Origin: an uncultured Acidobacteriota bacterium
GTDB lineage: Bacteria; Acidobacteriota; Thermoanaerobaculia; Multivoradales; JAHEKO01
Assembly (NCBI GenBank): GCA_963713825.1
Contig: CAVQNG010000025.1
Location: 544,001 to 608,000 of the forward strand
Direction: 5' to 3'
Length of the DNA stretch: 64,000 nt
Below, piece after piece: positions 28,403 through 44,395 of the stretch. The position numbers were made by a program, and so were the translations under genes. The notes under the pieces are model-generated. The model ran no database searches. It saw only the letters and a list, made by a program, of their open reading frames with translations, and was not told where the DNA came from. Numbering within the stretch: position 1 is the first letter of the stretch; every line of letters starts with the position of its first letter.

Positions 28403-29233
28403 ATGAATATCGAGGAAGTTACGGCTGTGTCCGTGGAGCTGCTCACTCAGTGGGGTCTCAAGGTCGTCGGTGCCATTGCGCTGTTGATCATCGGCCGCAT
28501 GGTCGCTGGGCTACTCCGCAAGCTCACCCGCAGGGCCATGACCAAAGCTGAAGTCGATGCGACTCTGATTCCGTTCTTGAGCAGCATGGTTTACTACCTG
28601 GCGATTGCGGTGGTTCTCATCGCCGTGCTCGGTCTGTTCGGAATCCAGACGACTTCGCTGATCGCCATTCTCGGTGCCGCCGGCCTGGCCGTCGGTTTGG
28701 CGCTGCAGGGTACCCTGTCCCACTTCGCGTCGGGGATCATGCTGTTGATCTTCCGGCCCTTTCGGGTGGGTGATGTCGTCGAGGTTGGCGGTACCCTCGG
28801 CACGGTGCAGGAGATCGGTATTTTTACGACCACATTGACCAGTCCCGACAACATCAAGATCACGGTGCCCAATTCTCAGGTCTACGGCACCACGATCAAG
28901 AACATGAATGGCTACGAGACCCGCCGTGTGGATATGGTCATGGGAGTCTCCTATGACGACGACCTGGGGCTTGCCATGGAGACCATGCGGCGCGTGATTC
29001 AGGAAGACGATCGCGTCCTGGCAGATCCAACGCCACAGATCGCGGTGGCCGAGCTCGGCGACTCTTCAGTCAACTTCGTTGTCAGGCCGTGGTGCAAAGC
29101 TGAGGACTACTTCGGCGTGAAGTTCGATCTGACGCGACGATTCAAGGAAGAGCTGGAGGCCGCCGGTTGCTCGATTCCCTTTCCACAACGCGATGTCCAC
29201 CTGTATCCGGAGGCCGGGTCAGCTGAGATGTAG
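28403..29233 (+). CDS. mscS: Small-conductance mechanosensitive channel
   Basis: LGAAGLAVGLALQGTLS.FASG, RPF.VGD, VPN, RRVD, IPFPQRDV. Confidence 0.93.
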   Translation: MNIEEVTAVSVELLTQWGLKVVGAIALLIIGRMVAGLLRKLTRRAMTKAEVDATLIPFLSSMVYYLAIAVVLIAVLGLFGIQTTSLIAILGAAGLAVGLALQGTLSHFASGIMLLIFRPFRVGDVVEVGGTLGTVQEIGIFTTTLTSPDNIKITVPNSQVYGTTIKNMNGYETRRVDMVMGVSYDDDLGLAMETMRRVIQEDDRVLADPTPQIAVAELGDSSVNFVVRPWCKAEDYFGVKFDLTRRFKEELEAAGCSIPFPQRDVHLYPEAGSAEM

Positions 29234-29346
29234 CAGGCGGCCGTCTGGAGCCAGGCGAAATCTGAGAGTTGCTGTCTCCTTAGGCTGGGTGCCAAGGGAG
29301 AATTTGCGACGAGTGGAGAACGAGACTGGTTGACGAGGTTCGAGTT

Positions 29347-29355
29347 TGCTACTAT
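29347..29355 (+). promoter_or_regulatory. Extended -10 for tRNA-Tyr/tRNA-Gly
   Basis: TGcTACTAT followed by a GC-rich discriminator just upstream of tRNA-Tyr. Confidence 0.5.
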
Positions 29356-29367
29356 TCGCGACTGCGT

Positions 29368-29454
29368 GGAGGTGTAGCCGAGTGGTCAAAGGCAGCAGAC
29401 TGTAAATCTGCCGGGCAAAGCCCTACGGTGGTTCGAATCCATCCACCTCCACCA
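29368..29454 (+). tRNA. tRNA-Tyr(GTA)
   Basis: Class II cloverleaf, GCAGA-CTGTAAA-TCTGC, long variable arm, CCA. Confidence 0.97.
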
Positions 29455-29466
29455 TTTTCTCTTCAA

Positions 29467-29541
29467 GCGGGAGTAACTCAGTGGTAGAGTCTCGGCCTTC
29501 CAAGCCGTTGGTCGCGGGTTCGATTCCCGTCTCCCGCTCCA
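29467..29541 (+). tRNA. tRNA-Gly(TCC)
   Basis: GCGGGAG/CTCCCGC, anticodon loop CTTCCAA, U73-CCA. Confidence 0.97.
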
Positions 29542-29728
29542 TTCTGAATCCCGAGCCTCGTTCCCGAGGAGACTAGAGGCCCCCCGGGCTCCCTGCAGGA
29601 GCTGTCGGGTCTATTGCCGGCTCCTGGGGTTGTGGAGATGGTGGGAATCTGAGAGACTCCCGCTGCGCATTGCGACGCCCCCCGGACAGGCCCTCAAGGG
29701 TCGGCGGGATGGTCAAGGAATTCGGGGC

Positions 29729-29757
29729 TTTACAGGCGTAAAAAGAAGGGCTATACT
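29729..29757 (+). promoter_or_regulatory. Sigma70 promoter of tRNA-Thr(GGT)-tuf
   Basis: TTTACA-17 nt-TATACT. Confidence 0.75.
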
Positions 29758-29819
29758 CACAAATTCCGCTAGCCGCTCGAAGGATGCCGAGTGGCAAGGG
29801 GGTTTGCGGTCTAGCCGAC

Positions 29820-29894
<75 letters not shown>

Positions 29895-29981
29895 GGCGCA
29901 CCGAGACACTATTGAATTGAAATTGAACCGCTGCAACTACCTGCAGGGTCGCTAACCTTTCAGGAGGAGAACGGAACCGCC

Positions 29982-31175
<1,194 letters not shown>

Positions 31176-31210
31176 GGGGTCGACTCGAGAGACAGGTAGG
31201 GGGGCAGTAC

Positions 31211-31287
31211 AGGCCAGTAGCTCCAACTGGTAGAGCGTCGGTCTCCAAAACCGAATGTTGGGGGTTCGAATCCCTCCTGGCCTGCCA
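31211..31287 (+). tRNA. tRNA-Trp(CCA)
   Basis: AGGCCAG/CTGGCCT, TCGGT-CTCCAAA-ACCGA, G73-CCA. Confidence 0.97.
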
Positions 31288-31413
31288 TCGTCTCCACGGG
31301 TTTTGTTGAAGAGGTTGTAGAGATTCTGAGACTCACTAGTCTTGGGCGAGGCTCGCAAGCCGTCCGGGACGTTGGGAGTCGGAATCGATGACTAGCCGTC
31401 GAGAGGCCAGGAC

Positions 31414-31626
31414 GTGGTATCGATCAGCGAAGGCTACAGGAAGATCAAGACTTTCTTGTCCGAGACACGGTCGGAGTTGAAGAAGGTGACCTTCCCGCCG
31501 CGGGACGAGGTGATCTCCACGACGATTGTCGTAATTATCACCAGTGTCATCTTCGCCTTCTATCTCTGGATGGCCGATATCGTGATCATCAAGCTCTACG
31601 AAGGCATTATCAGGGTGCTTGGATGA
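31414..31626 (+). CDS. secE: Preprotein translocase subunit SecE
   Basis: FL.E.RSELKKVTFP..E..T + one TM; directly before nusG. Confidence 0.93.
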   Translation: MVSISEGYRKIKTFLSETRSELKKVTFPPRDEVISTTIVVIITSVIFAFYLWMADIVIIKLYEGIIRVLG

Positions 31627-32210
31627 TGACTACGGCGACAGGCAACGAGGCCAGCAATGGTAGTGCAGAGCCGGGGAAGCCGGGCATGAGGTGGTACATC
31701 GTTCATACCTATTCCGGCTTCGAGGACAGAGTCAAAGAGACGCTGCGCCAGCGAGCCGAGGCCCTGGAGATGGGCGAAGCTTTCGGTGAGATCCACATTC
31801 CCACCGAGACCATCGTCGAGTATCGGGGTGGCAAGAAGAAGGAGACGCAGCGCAAGTTCTTCCCTGGCTACATCCTGGTTGAAATGGTGATGTCGGACGC
31901 CGCCTGGCACGTGGTCAAGAACACCCCGAAAGTTACGGGGTTCGTCGGTAGTGGCAAGAAGCCGACGCCGCTGACGCAGGAAGAGGTCGAACAGATTCTG
32001 CAGCAGGTGGTCAGCGCACGCGAGAAGCCGAAGCCGAAGTACATCTTCGATAAGGGCGAGCCGGTCAAGATTATAGACGGACCATTCAATAACTTCACCG
32101 GCGTGGTTGAAGACGTCAATCTGGACCGCAACACCCTCAAGGTCATGGTGACGATCTTCGGTCGGGCAACGCCCGTTGAATTGGATTTTAGTCAGGTTCA
32201 GAAACTCTAG
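31623..32210 (+). CDS. nusG: Transcription termination/antitermination factor NusG
   Basis: [39 protein letters not shown]. Confidence 0.98.
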   Translation: MMTTATGNEASNGSAEPGKPGMRWYIVHTYSGFEDRVKETLRQRAEALEMGEAFGEIHIPTETIVEYRGGKKKETQRKFFPGYILVEMVMSDAAWHVVKNTPKVTGFVGSGKKPTPLTQEEVEQILQQVVSAREKPKPKYIFDKGEPVKIIDGPFNNFTGVVEDVNLDRNTLKVMVTIFGRATPVELDFSQVQKL

Positions 32211-32244
32211 TTTTTCTTGAAGAGCGCGTGAGGACACGAGAGTA

Positions 32245-32670
32245 ATGGCCAAAAAAGTCGTTGGGCAGATCAAGCTCCAGATACCGGCCGGTCAGGCTTC
32301 GCCGGCGCCGCCGGTCGGCCCGGCCCTGGGTCAGGCTGGTGTGAACATCATGGACTTCTGCAAGGCGTTCAACGCCCGTACCCAGAGTGAGAACGGCATG
32401 ATCATCCCCGTGGTGATTACCGTCTACGCCGACCGCAGCTACACCTTCATAACCAAGACGCCGCCTGCCGCCGTGCTGTTGAAGAAGGCGGCCGGTATCG
32501 AGAAGGCCTCTGGCGAGCCCAATCGGGAAAAGGTGGGGAAGGTGACGCGGGCTCAGGTCGAGGAAATCGCCAAGACCAAGGATCCGGATCTCAATGCCGC
32601 CAGCCTGGAGGCTGCGGTGCGCATCATCGAGGGCACGGCCCGCTCCATGGGTATCGAGGTAGAGGGCTAG
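32245..32670 (+). CDS. rplK: 50S ribosomal protein L11
   Basis: [28 protein letters not shown]. Confidence 0.99.
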   Translation: MAKKVVGQIKLQIPAGQASPAPPVGPALGQAGVNIMDFCKAFNARTQSENGMIIPVVITVYADRSYTFITKTPPAAVLLKKAAGIEKASGEPNREKVGKVTRAQVEEIAKTKDPDLNAASLEAAVRIIEGTARSMGIEVEG

Positions 32671-32696
32671 TCGTCAGCGCGGTTGGAGGATTATTC

Positions 32697-33398
32697 GTGG
32701 CACGTCACGGCAAGAATTTCAAGCAGGCAAGTGAGAAGGTGGAGTCCCATCCGTACAGCCTGTCGGAGGCAGTTGGGCTCGCCAAGGAGTCGGCGTTCGC
32801 CAAGTTCGACGAGACCATGGAGGTCGCCATGCGCCTGGGAGTCGATCCCAGGCATGCCGACCAGATGGTTCGGGGCACCGTTGCCCTGCCGCACGGCACC
32901 GGCAAGAGTGTGCGGGTATTGGTCTTTGCTGGCGGCGAGAAGGTGAAAGAAGCCGAAGATGCCGGCGCCGACCACGTGGGTGGAGACGAGATGGCCAAGA
33001 AGGTCAAAGAGGGTTGGCTCGACTTCGACGCCGTGGTGGCGACTCCGGACATGATGAAGGTTGTCGGTGGTCTTGGTCGGGTGCTGGGCCCAAGGGGCCT
33101 GATGCCCAATCCGAAGACCGGTACCGTGACCTTCGATGTCGGTCAGGCCGTCGAGCAGATCAAGGCGGGAAAGATCGAGTTTCGCGTCGACAAGGCCGGC
33201 ATCGTGCACGCGCCATTTGGGAAGGCGTCGTTTTCTGCCGAGCAGCTTCAGGAGAATGTCGAGGCGTTGATCGGTGCGGTGCTCAAGGCCCGCCCCGCCT
33301 CTGCCAAAGGCAAATACGTCAAGTCGGTGAGCGTCTCCTCGACCATGGGTCCCGGGATCCGGGTCGATGAAACCGCGTTCGCGGTTGCGGAGGCCTAG
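32697..33398 (+). CDS. rplA: 50S ribosomal protein L1
   Basis: [33 protein letters not shown]. Confidence 0.99.
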   Translation: MARHGKNFKQASEKVESHPYSLSEAVGLAKESAFAKFDETMEVAMRLGVDPRHADQMVRGTVALPHGTGKSVRVLVFAGGEKVKEAEDAGADHVGGDEMAKKVKEGWLDFDAVVATPDMMKVVGGLGRVLGPRGLMPNPKTGTVTFDVGQAVEQIKAGKIEFRVDKAGIVHAPFGKASFSAEQLQENVEALIGAVLKARPASAKGKYVKSVSVSSTMGPGIRVDETAFAVAEA

Positions 33399-33409
33399 GG
33401 GAATCGAAG

Positions 33410-33940
33410 ATGCCGCTGAGTCGTCAGAAAAAGGAACAGTTGGTCGAAAGCTACCAGGAGGGGCTGGCGGCTGCGCCGCATGTCTTTCTGATTAGTTACA
33501 AGGGGATCTCGGTGCCACAGGTGACCGAGCTTCGACGCCGGATTCGCGAGATCGGCGGCACCTATACGGTCGTCAAGAACCGATTGGTGCTGAGAGCCAT
33601 CGATGGCAAGGTGCTCGAGGAGCTCAAGAGTGAGTTCGAGGGCCCAACCGCTGTTGCCTACAGCGAGGACGACCCAGTCTCACTGGCCAAGACCCTGACC
33701 GAGTATGCGAAGGAAGTCCCGGCTCTCGAGTTCAAGACCAGTCTGGTTGAAGGTCAGTTCATCGAAGCGCAGGAGGTCAAGGAGATCGCCTCGCTGCCGA
33801 GCCGAGAAGAGTTGATTACCAAGCTCGTGTATCTGCTGCAGTCGCCGATCACCAGCTTCGTCCGAATCCTGGGTGCCCTGCCGAAGCAGTTCGTAGTGGT
33901 GCTGGATCAGGTTCGGCAGCAGAAGGAAGGATCCGAGTAG
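33410..33940 (+). CDS. rplJ: 50S ribosomal protein L10
   Basis: YKG..V..TELRR, VVKNRL, GPTAVA, LPSREEL. Confidence 0.96.
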   Translation: MPLSRQKKEQLVESYQEGLAAAPHVFLISYKGISVPQVTELRRRIREIGGTYTVVKNRLVLRAIDGKVLEELKSEFEGPTAVAYSEDDPVSLAKTLTEYAKEVPALEFKTSLVEGQFIEAQEVKEIASLPSREELITKLVYLLQSPITSFVRILGALPKQFVVVLDQVRQQKEGSE

Positions 33941-34033
33941 CAGGGACAAGAGTTGGCCGAGGGGGTGCAGGAACACCTCTCGTAGCAAGAAGAAATTGAG
34001 TCCGATTTTCAGTGATAGAGGAGACCGAGAGAA

Positions 34034-34420
34034 ATGGCGATCGCAGCAGAAGACTTCATCAAGCAGATCGATGAGATGACAGTTCTGGAGCTCAATGGTT
34101 TGGTCAAAGAGCTCGAGGAGCACTACGGCGTCTCGGCGGCGGCAGCTGCCGTACCCATGGCAGCGGCAGCTCCTGGTGCCGGCGGTGGCGACGCCGCGGC
34201 TGAGGAGCAGACAGAGTTCGATGTGGTATTGACCGCTATCGGTGACAAGAAGATCAATGTCATCAAGGCGGTTCGCGAGGTCACCAGCCTCGGTCTGAAG
34301 GATGCCAAGGACCTTGTCGAGTCGGCCCCAGCGACGGTGAAAGAAGCCGTCTCCAAGGACGAGGCCGAAGAAATGAAGAAGAAGTTCGAAGAAGTGGGCG
34401 CTCAGGTAGAGATCAAGTAA
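34034..34420 (+). CDS. rplL: 50S ribosomal protein L7/L12
   Basis: [23 protein letters not shown]. Confidence 0.99.
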   Translation: MAIAAEDFIKQIDEMTVLELNGLVKELEEHYGVSAAAAAVPMAAAAPGAGGGDAAAEEQTEFDVVLTAIGDKKINVIKAVREVTSLGLKDAKDLVESAPATVKEAVSKDEAEEMKKKFEEVGAQVEIK

Positions 34421-34653
34421 TGAAGCCCAAGTGGGCGACTTTACCTGTTGAAACTAGCGAACCCATTTGCGGAACGAAAGCCTCGACGCACGATCGGGTG
34501 CCAACGGGCTCACGACATTCCCTTCCTGCAGTCGCGCCAGTCGGTGCGGCCGGTAGGGGTATGCGTCTGACTCGGTAGAACGCGCCGAGGGCGGTGGCCT
34601 GGTCTAGCCCCGCCTGATTTTCCGACTCGGAAGAGACCTTAGGAGCCTCTCTT

Positions 34654-37600
34654 ATGGAAATTACAACCCAGGATCAGAACCGCGAGCGCAAGGATTTTTC
34701 GACGATTCGGACGTCTCTGGCGATCCCGAATCTCATCGACGTGCAGCGTCGGTCCTATGAGCGGTTTCTGCAGATGAACCTGCTTCCCGACGAGCGGGAA
34801 GGCCGGGGTCTGCAGGCGGTCTTCACGAGCATTTTTCCGTTCTCCGACTTCAGGGAAACCTGTTCTCTCGATTTCGTGAAGTACACCATCGGCGACTGGC
34901 AATGTAAGTGCGGCGAGCTCAGTGGTCTCGAGTATCTGCGCATGACCTGTTCGAACTGCAGTGCCAAGATCATGACCGAACATCCGCACGAAGAGACCGT
35001 GGATTGTCCCGAGTGCGGCGTGATCAACAAGAATCGGGTGACGCGCTGCGACATCTGCGGCAATCCGGTCGATCTGCAGCTCACTTACTCGATCTCGGAG
35101 TGCCAGGAGCGGGGAATGACCCACGCCGTGCCGCTTCGCGTGACGTTTCGGCTCTTTGTTTTCGACAAGGATCCCGAGACTGGCGCCCGAATGATGCGTG
35201 ACGCCAAGGAGGAAGAGGTCTACTTCGGTGACATTCCGCTGATGACCGACAATGGCACCTTCGTCATCAATGGCACGGAGCGGGTCATCGTTAGTCAGTT
35301 GCACCGCAGCCCGGGAGTGTTCTTCACCAAGCAAACTCCCCGCTCTTTCCTGGCCAAGATCATTCCCTATCGCGGCTCGTGGGTCGAGTTCGAGTATGAC
35401 CAGAAGGAAGTCTTGAGCATTCGGATCGACCGCAAGCGCAAGTTTCATGGCACGGTCTTTCTGCGCGCTCTTGGCCTCGAGGACAATGAAGCGATTCTGC
35501 GGCGGTTCTATACGCCGATTCCCGCCAAGCCGGCCGGCAGGGGCAAGTTGGTCTTGTCGATTCCTCCGGCGGTGCTCGAGCAGGAAAGGCTGAAGGATCG
35601 CCATAGTCGCGGTCGACGCAATGCCTATCGCCTGTTCGCCGGCTTGAAGCTGGATGAGGCTGGTATCGAGACGCTCGACAAGGGCAAGGATCTCGAGGAG
35701 TCTGTGCGGATCGCCGATCTCGATCGAGCCCTTTTCATCTCCGACGTTGTGGACCTGGACACGGGCGAAGTGCTGTTCGAGGCCAACGAGCTGGTGCCGG
35801 AAGATCTCGAGGACCGTCTCAAGGGTCGCAAGCACACCGATCTGGAGCTCTTCTTTCCCGATTGGGAGGTCGTTGGGAACATCTTGACCAACACCCTGGC
35901 CAAGGACCACACCACCAATGCCAAGGATGCCCTGATCGAGATCTACCGCCGCATGCGACCGGGTGACCCGCCGACTCTGGAGAGCGCTCGGTCTCTGTTC
36001 TATGGCATGTTCTTCGACGCCAAGCGGTACGATTTCTCTCGTGTCGGGCGGTTCAAGTTCAACATCAAGCTCGACACCGAAGTGCCGGTGGATCAGAAGA
36101 CCCTGTCGGCCGACGACTTCCTGAAGGTGGTCGAGTACTTCCTCCGCCTGCATCGAGACGTCGGCAGGGTCGATGACATCGACAATCTCGGCAATCGGCG
36201 CGTGCGGACTGTCGGGGAGTTGCTGGAGAACCAGTTCCGAGTTGGTCTGGTTCGCATGGAGCGGGCCATCAAGGAGAAGATGTCCGTCCACCAGGACATC
36301 GACTCGGCGATGCCGCATGACCTGATCAACTCGAAGCCGGTGATCGCGGCGATCAAGGAGTTCTTCGGTTCATCACAGCTTTCGCAGTTCATGGACCAAA
36401 CGAACCCGCTTTCCGAGGTCACCCACAAGCGGCGTCTGTCGGCCTTGGGGCCGGGGGGCTTGTCCCGAGAGCGGGCTGGGTTCGAGGTTCGCGACGTCCA
36501 TGCTTCCCATTATGGCCGCATCTGTCCCATTGAAACTCCTGAAGGGCCCAATATCGGCTTGATCTCGTCCCTGGCAACCTATGCTCGGGTCAACGAGTAC
36601 GGCTTCATCGAGAGTCCCTACAAAAAGGTCGAAGGTGGTCGCGTCATCGATCACTTCAGAGTTACGAGGATCGGCGACGGTCCCTTCAAGCTCGGTCAGA
36701 TCGTGACCGGCGACGAGTTGGAGGCCGCCAACAACAAGCTCAAACGTGGGCGCAAGCGGCAGGTCGACGGTGAGCCACATGCCTGGTATCTGACGGCCTG
36801 GGAAGAAGAAAAATACATCATTGCCCAGGCCAACGCCGAGGTCGACGATCGAGGCAACCTGGTCGAGGAGCGAGTTACCTCGCGATCCGGAGGCGATTTC
36901 GTAACGGTAGAGCGGGACCGCGTGGACTACATGGACATCAGTCCGAAGCAGTTGGTGTCCGTGGCGGCCGCGTTGATCCCCTTTCTCGAGCACGACGACG
37001 CCAACCGCGCTCTGATGGGTTCGAACATGCAACGGCAGGCTGTACCGCTGCTGCGCAGTGAGGCGCCGATCGTGGGTACCGGGCTCGAGTCCATCGTGGC
37101 TCGTGACTCCGGCGCCGTTGTGCTCTGCAAGCGGGGCGGCATCGTCGATTCTGTCGACTCGGAACGGGTCATCGTTCGTGTCGAGGGCGAGGACGCGGAT
37201 ACCGGCGAGGCGAAGGATTTCGGTGCCGACATCTATCAGCTGACCAAGTTCCGGCGTTCCAATCAGAATACCTGCGTGACCCAGAAACCGGTGGTGGATC
37301 AGGGGAAGAGGGTCCGAAAGGGTGATGTTTTGGCCGACGGTCCCAGCACCGATGAAGGAGAGTTGGCCCTGGGGCGGAACGTGCTGGTGGCTTTCATGCC
37401 CTGGCGGGGTTACAACTTCGAGGACGCGATCCTGGTCTCCGAGCGGTTGGTCAAAGACGACTACTTCACCTCGATTCACATCGAGGAATTCGAGATCGAG
37501 GCCAGGGACACGAAGTTGGGTCCCGAGGAGATCACGCGCGACATTCCCAATGTCTCCGAGTCCGCGCTGCGAGATCTGGACGACAGCGGCATCGTGCGCA

Positions 37601-38907
37601 TCGGAGCCACGGTCAAGCCGGGCGACATTCTCGTTGGCAAGGTGACGCCAAAGGGCGAGACTCAGCTGACCCCTGAAGAGAAGCTCCTGCGAGCCATCTT
37701 CGGCGAGAAGGCTGGCGACGTGCGCGACGCCAGCCTCAAGGTACCACCGGGCATCGAAGGAACGGTGGTCGATGTGAAGATCTTCTCTCGCAAGGGTGTC
37801 GAGAAGGACATTCGGGCACAGGAGATCGAGGAATCGGAGATCGCCAGGCTCGAGAAGAACATCAAAGACCAGGTGCGGATCTATACCGAAGAGCGCAACA
37901 AGAAGATCACCGATCTGATGGTGGGCGCCAAGGTGACTGCGGCCGTCGGCAGTCGTGCCGGCGAGAAGCTGCTCAAGAAGGGCGACAAGGTCACCTTGAA
38001 GGCCCTCGAAGCGCTCAGTCGGCAAGAAGTCCAGCGTCTGCCGATTTCGGACAAGAAGCTTCTCAAGACCGTGGCCGAGGTCTATCGCAGCACGGACTCC
38101 TTTATCGAAGTCCTGCACAAGGTCAACGAGGAGCGGATCCAGCTTCTGCAGAAGGGCGATGAGCTGCCGCCAGGCGTCATCAAGCTCGTCAAGGTCTATG
38201 TCGCCATGAAGCGCAAGCTGCAGGTCGGCGACAAGATGGCTGGTCGGCACGGTAACAAGGGCGTCATCTCGCGTGTGTTGCCGGAAGAGGATATGCCGTA
38301 TCTGCCGGATGGAACGCCAGTGGAGATCGTCTTGAACCCGCTGGGTGTTCCCAGTCGAATGAACGTCGGGCAGATTCTGGAGACGCATCTCGGCTGGGCG
38401 GGTCAGATACTGGGGTTGCATTTCGCGACCGCGGTGTTCGACGGGGCGCATGAGTCGGATCTCAAGGGCTTCCTCGCCGATGCCAATCTGCCCTCCTCGG
38501 GTAAGGCGACGCTCCACGATGGCATGACCGGAGAGCCGTTCGAGCAGGAAGTGACGGTGGGCTACATCTATATGCTGAAGCTCTCCCACTTGGTAGACGA
38601 CAAGATTCACGCTCGCTCCATTGGCCCATACTCGCTGATCACGCAGCAGCCGCTGGGAGGCAAGGCCCAGTTTGGTGGTCAGAGGTTCGGTGAGATGGAG
38701 GTCTGGGCATTGGAGGCCTACGGCGCGGCCTACACCTTGCAGGAATTGCTCACAGTCAAGAGCGATGACGTGGAAGGCCGTAGTCGTATTTACGAAGCCC
38801 TGGTGAAGGGAGATGTCCCCGAGGATCCGGGTCTGCCCGAGTCCTTCAACGTATTAGTGCGGGAGCTTCAGAGCTTGTGTCTCGATGTAGAGCTCTTGAA
38901 GGTCTAA
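34654..38907 (+). CDS. rpoB: RNA polymerase beta subunit with an N-terminal 8-Cys insertion
   Basis: [46 protein letters not shown]. Confidence 0.99.
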   Translation: MEITTQDQNRERKDFSTIRTSLAIPNLIDVQRRSYERFLQMNLLPDEREGRGLQAVFTSIFPFSDFRETCSLDFVKYTIGDWQCKCGELSGLEYLRMTCSNCSAKIMTEHPHEETVDCPECGVINKNRVTRCDICGNPVDLQLTYSISECQERGMTHAVPLRVTFRLFVFDKDPETGARMMRDAKEEEVYFGDIPLMTDNGTFVINGTERVIVSQLHRSPGVFFTKQTPRSFLAKIIPYRGSWVEFEYDQKEVLSIRIDRKRKFHGTVFLRALGLEDNEAILRRFYTPIPAKPAGRGKLVLSIPPAVLEQERLKDRHSRGRRNAYRLFAGLKLDEAGIETLDKGKDLEESVRIADLDRALFISDVVDLDTGEVLFEANELVPEDLEDRLKGRKHTDLELFFPDWEVVGNILTNTLAKDHTTNAKDALIEIYRRMRPGDPPTLESARSLFYGMFFDAKRYDFSRVGRFKFNIKLDTEVPVDQKTLSADDFLKVVEYFLRLHRDVGRVDDIDNLGNRRVRTVGELLENQFRVGLVRMERAIKEKMSVHQDIDSAMPHDLINSKPVIAAIKEFFGSSQLSQFMDQTNPLSEVTHKRRLSALGPGGLSRERAGFEVRDVHASHYGRICPIETPEGPNIGLISSLATYARVNEYGFIESPYKKVEGGRVIDHFRVTRIGDGPFKLGQIVTGDELEAANNKLKRGRKRQVDGEPHAWYLTAWEEEKYIIAQANAEVDDRGNLVEERVTSRSGGDFVTVERDRVDYMDISPKQLVSVAAALIPFLEHDDANRALMGSNMQRQAVPLLRSEAPIVGTGLESIVARDSGAVVLCKRGGIVDSVDSERVIVRVEGEDADTGEAKDFGADIYQLTKFRRSNQNTCVTQKPVVDQGKRVRKGDVLADGPSTDEGELALGRNVLVAFMPWRGYNFEDAILVSERLVKDDYFTSIHIEEFEIEARDTKLGPEEITRDIPNVSESALRDLDDSGIVRIGATVKPGDILVGKVTPKGETQLTPEEKLLRAIFGEKAGDVRDASLKVPPGIEGTVVDVKIFSRKGVEKDIRAQEIEESEIARLEKNIKDQVRIYTEERNKKITDLMVGAKVTAAVGSRAGEKLLKKGDKVTLKALEALSRQEVQRLPISDKKLLKTVAEVYRSTDSFIEVLHKVNEERIQLLQKGDELPPGVIKLVKVYVAMKRKLQVGDKMAGRHGNKGVISRVLPEEDMPYLPDGTPVEIVLNPLGVPSRMNVGQILETHLGWAGQILGLHFATAVFDGAHESDLKGFLADANLPSSGKATLHDGMTGEPFEQEVTVGYIYMLKLSHLVDDKIHARSIGPYSLITQQPLGGKAQFGGQRFGEMEVWALEAYGAAYTLQELLTVKSDDVEGRSRIYEALVKGDVPEDPGLPESFNVLVRELQSLCLDVELLKV

Positions 38908-38971
38908 CGGCGGAACCGGAACCAGGTTGGAGAAAGTCGACGACCGACTCCCTAGGGAAGGAGGAATCACC

Positions 38972-43153
<4,182 letters not shown>

Positions 43154-43192
43154 AGAGCCGACAAGGGGAAGCCCCGCGATCGAGTTTGCCCC

Positions 43193-43222
43193 TTGACGTT
43201 GGGGTGCTCGGACTGCTAACTT
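43193..43222 (+). promoter_or_regulatory. Sigma70 promoter of the str operon
   Basis: TTGACG-18 nt-TAACTT with a TG extension. Confidence 0.6.
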
Positions 43223-43383
43223 AGCGCGGTTCGGCGGTCCCTGAGGTCCACCTGGACTGGCCAGGGGTAGTTTCGCTCAATTTGGAGTTTCTTGCAGTCA
43301 CCCGCTGGGGTGTTCGGGTGGGCGTTGACGGGTGCGATAAAGGCTTGTAGTCGTTCGAAGAGAGATACGGGAGAGTTTGGTCG

Positions 43384-43758
43384 ATGCCGACGATTCATCA
43401 ATTGGTTCGCAAGGGGCGGAAACGCCACAAGGCGAAGACAAAGAGTCCGGCGCTGCAGGCGTCACCGCAGAAGCGGGGAGTCTGCGTGCGGGTTTACACG
43501 CAGACACCCAAAAAGCCGAATTCGGCGCTGCGCAAAGTGGCACGTGTGCGCTTGACGAACGGCATCGAGGTGACGACCTACATTCCGGGCGTCGGTCACA
43601 ATCTGCAGGAGCACTCCATCGTCTTGATCCGTGGAGGGCGTGTGAAGGACCTGCCAGGAGTTCGTTATCACGTCGTGCGTGGCACCCTCGACGCCGTCGG
43701 CGTCGAAGACCGGCGACAGAGTCGTTCCAAGTATGGCGCCAAGCGTCCCAAGTCATAG
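43384..43758 (+). CDS. rpsL: 30S ribosomal protein S12
   Basis: [26 protein letters not shown]. Confidence 0.99.
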   Translation: MPTIHQLVRKGRKRHKAKTKSPALQASPQKRGVCVRVYTQTPKKPNSALRKVARVRLTNGIEVTTYIPGVGHNLQEHSIVLIRGGRVKDLPGVRYHVVRGTLDAVGVEDRRQSRSKYGAKRPKS

Positions 43759-43781
43759 CTGAGATGCAGGTAAGAGGTTGA

Positions 43782-44258
<477 letters not shown>

Positions 44259-44395
44259 CGCCGGTATTCCCCGCAGAGGCGGGAAGTAACGAGGCCGCAT
44301 GGGTAATGGAAAGTCGTTTCTGCGACGGCACGGGGATGCTGTCGCTTTTGTGCCGAAAGGAAAAGAGCCAAGAAGCTCAGGGTAGGTAGATCGTC

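Noticed and set aside
29615-29624. TGCCGGCTCC matches the 3' end of tRNA-Thr(TGT); GGGTGCC near 29287 also matches; possible attR
   Set aside because: Only 7-10 bp in GC-rich DNA, the longer match lies beyond tRNA-Tyr and tRNA-Gly, and no integrase is present.
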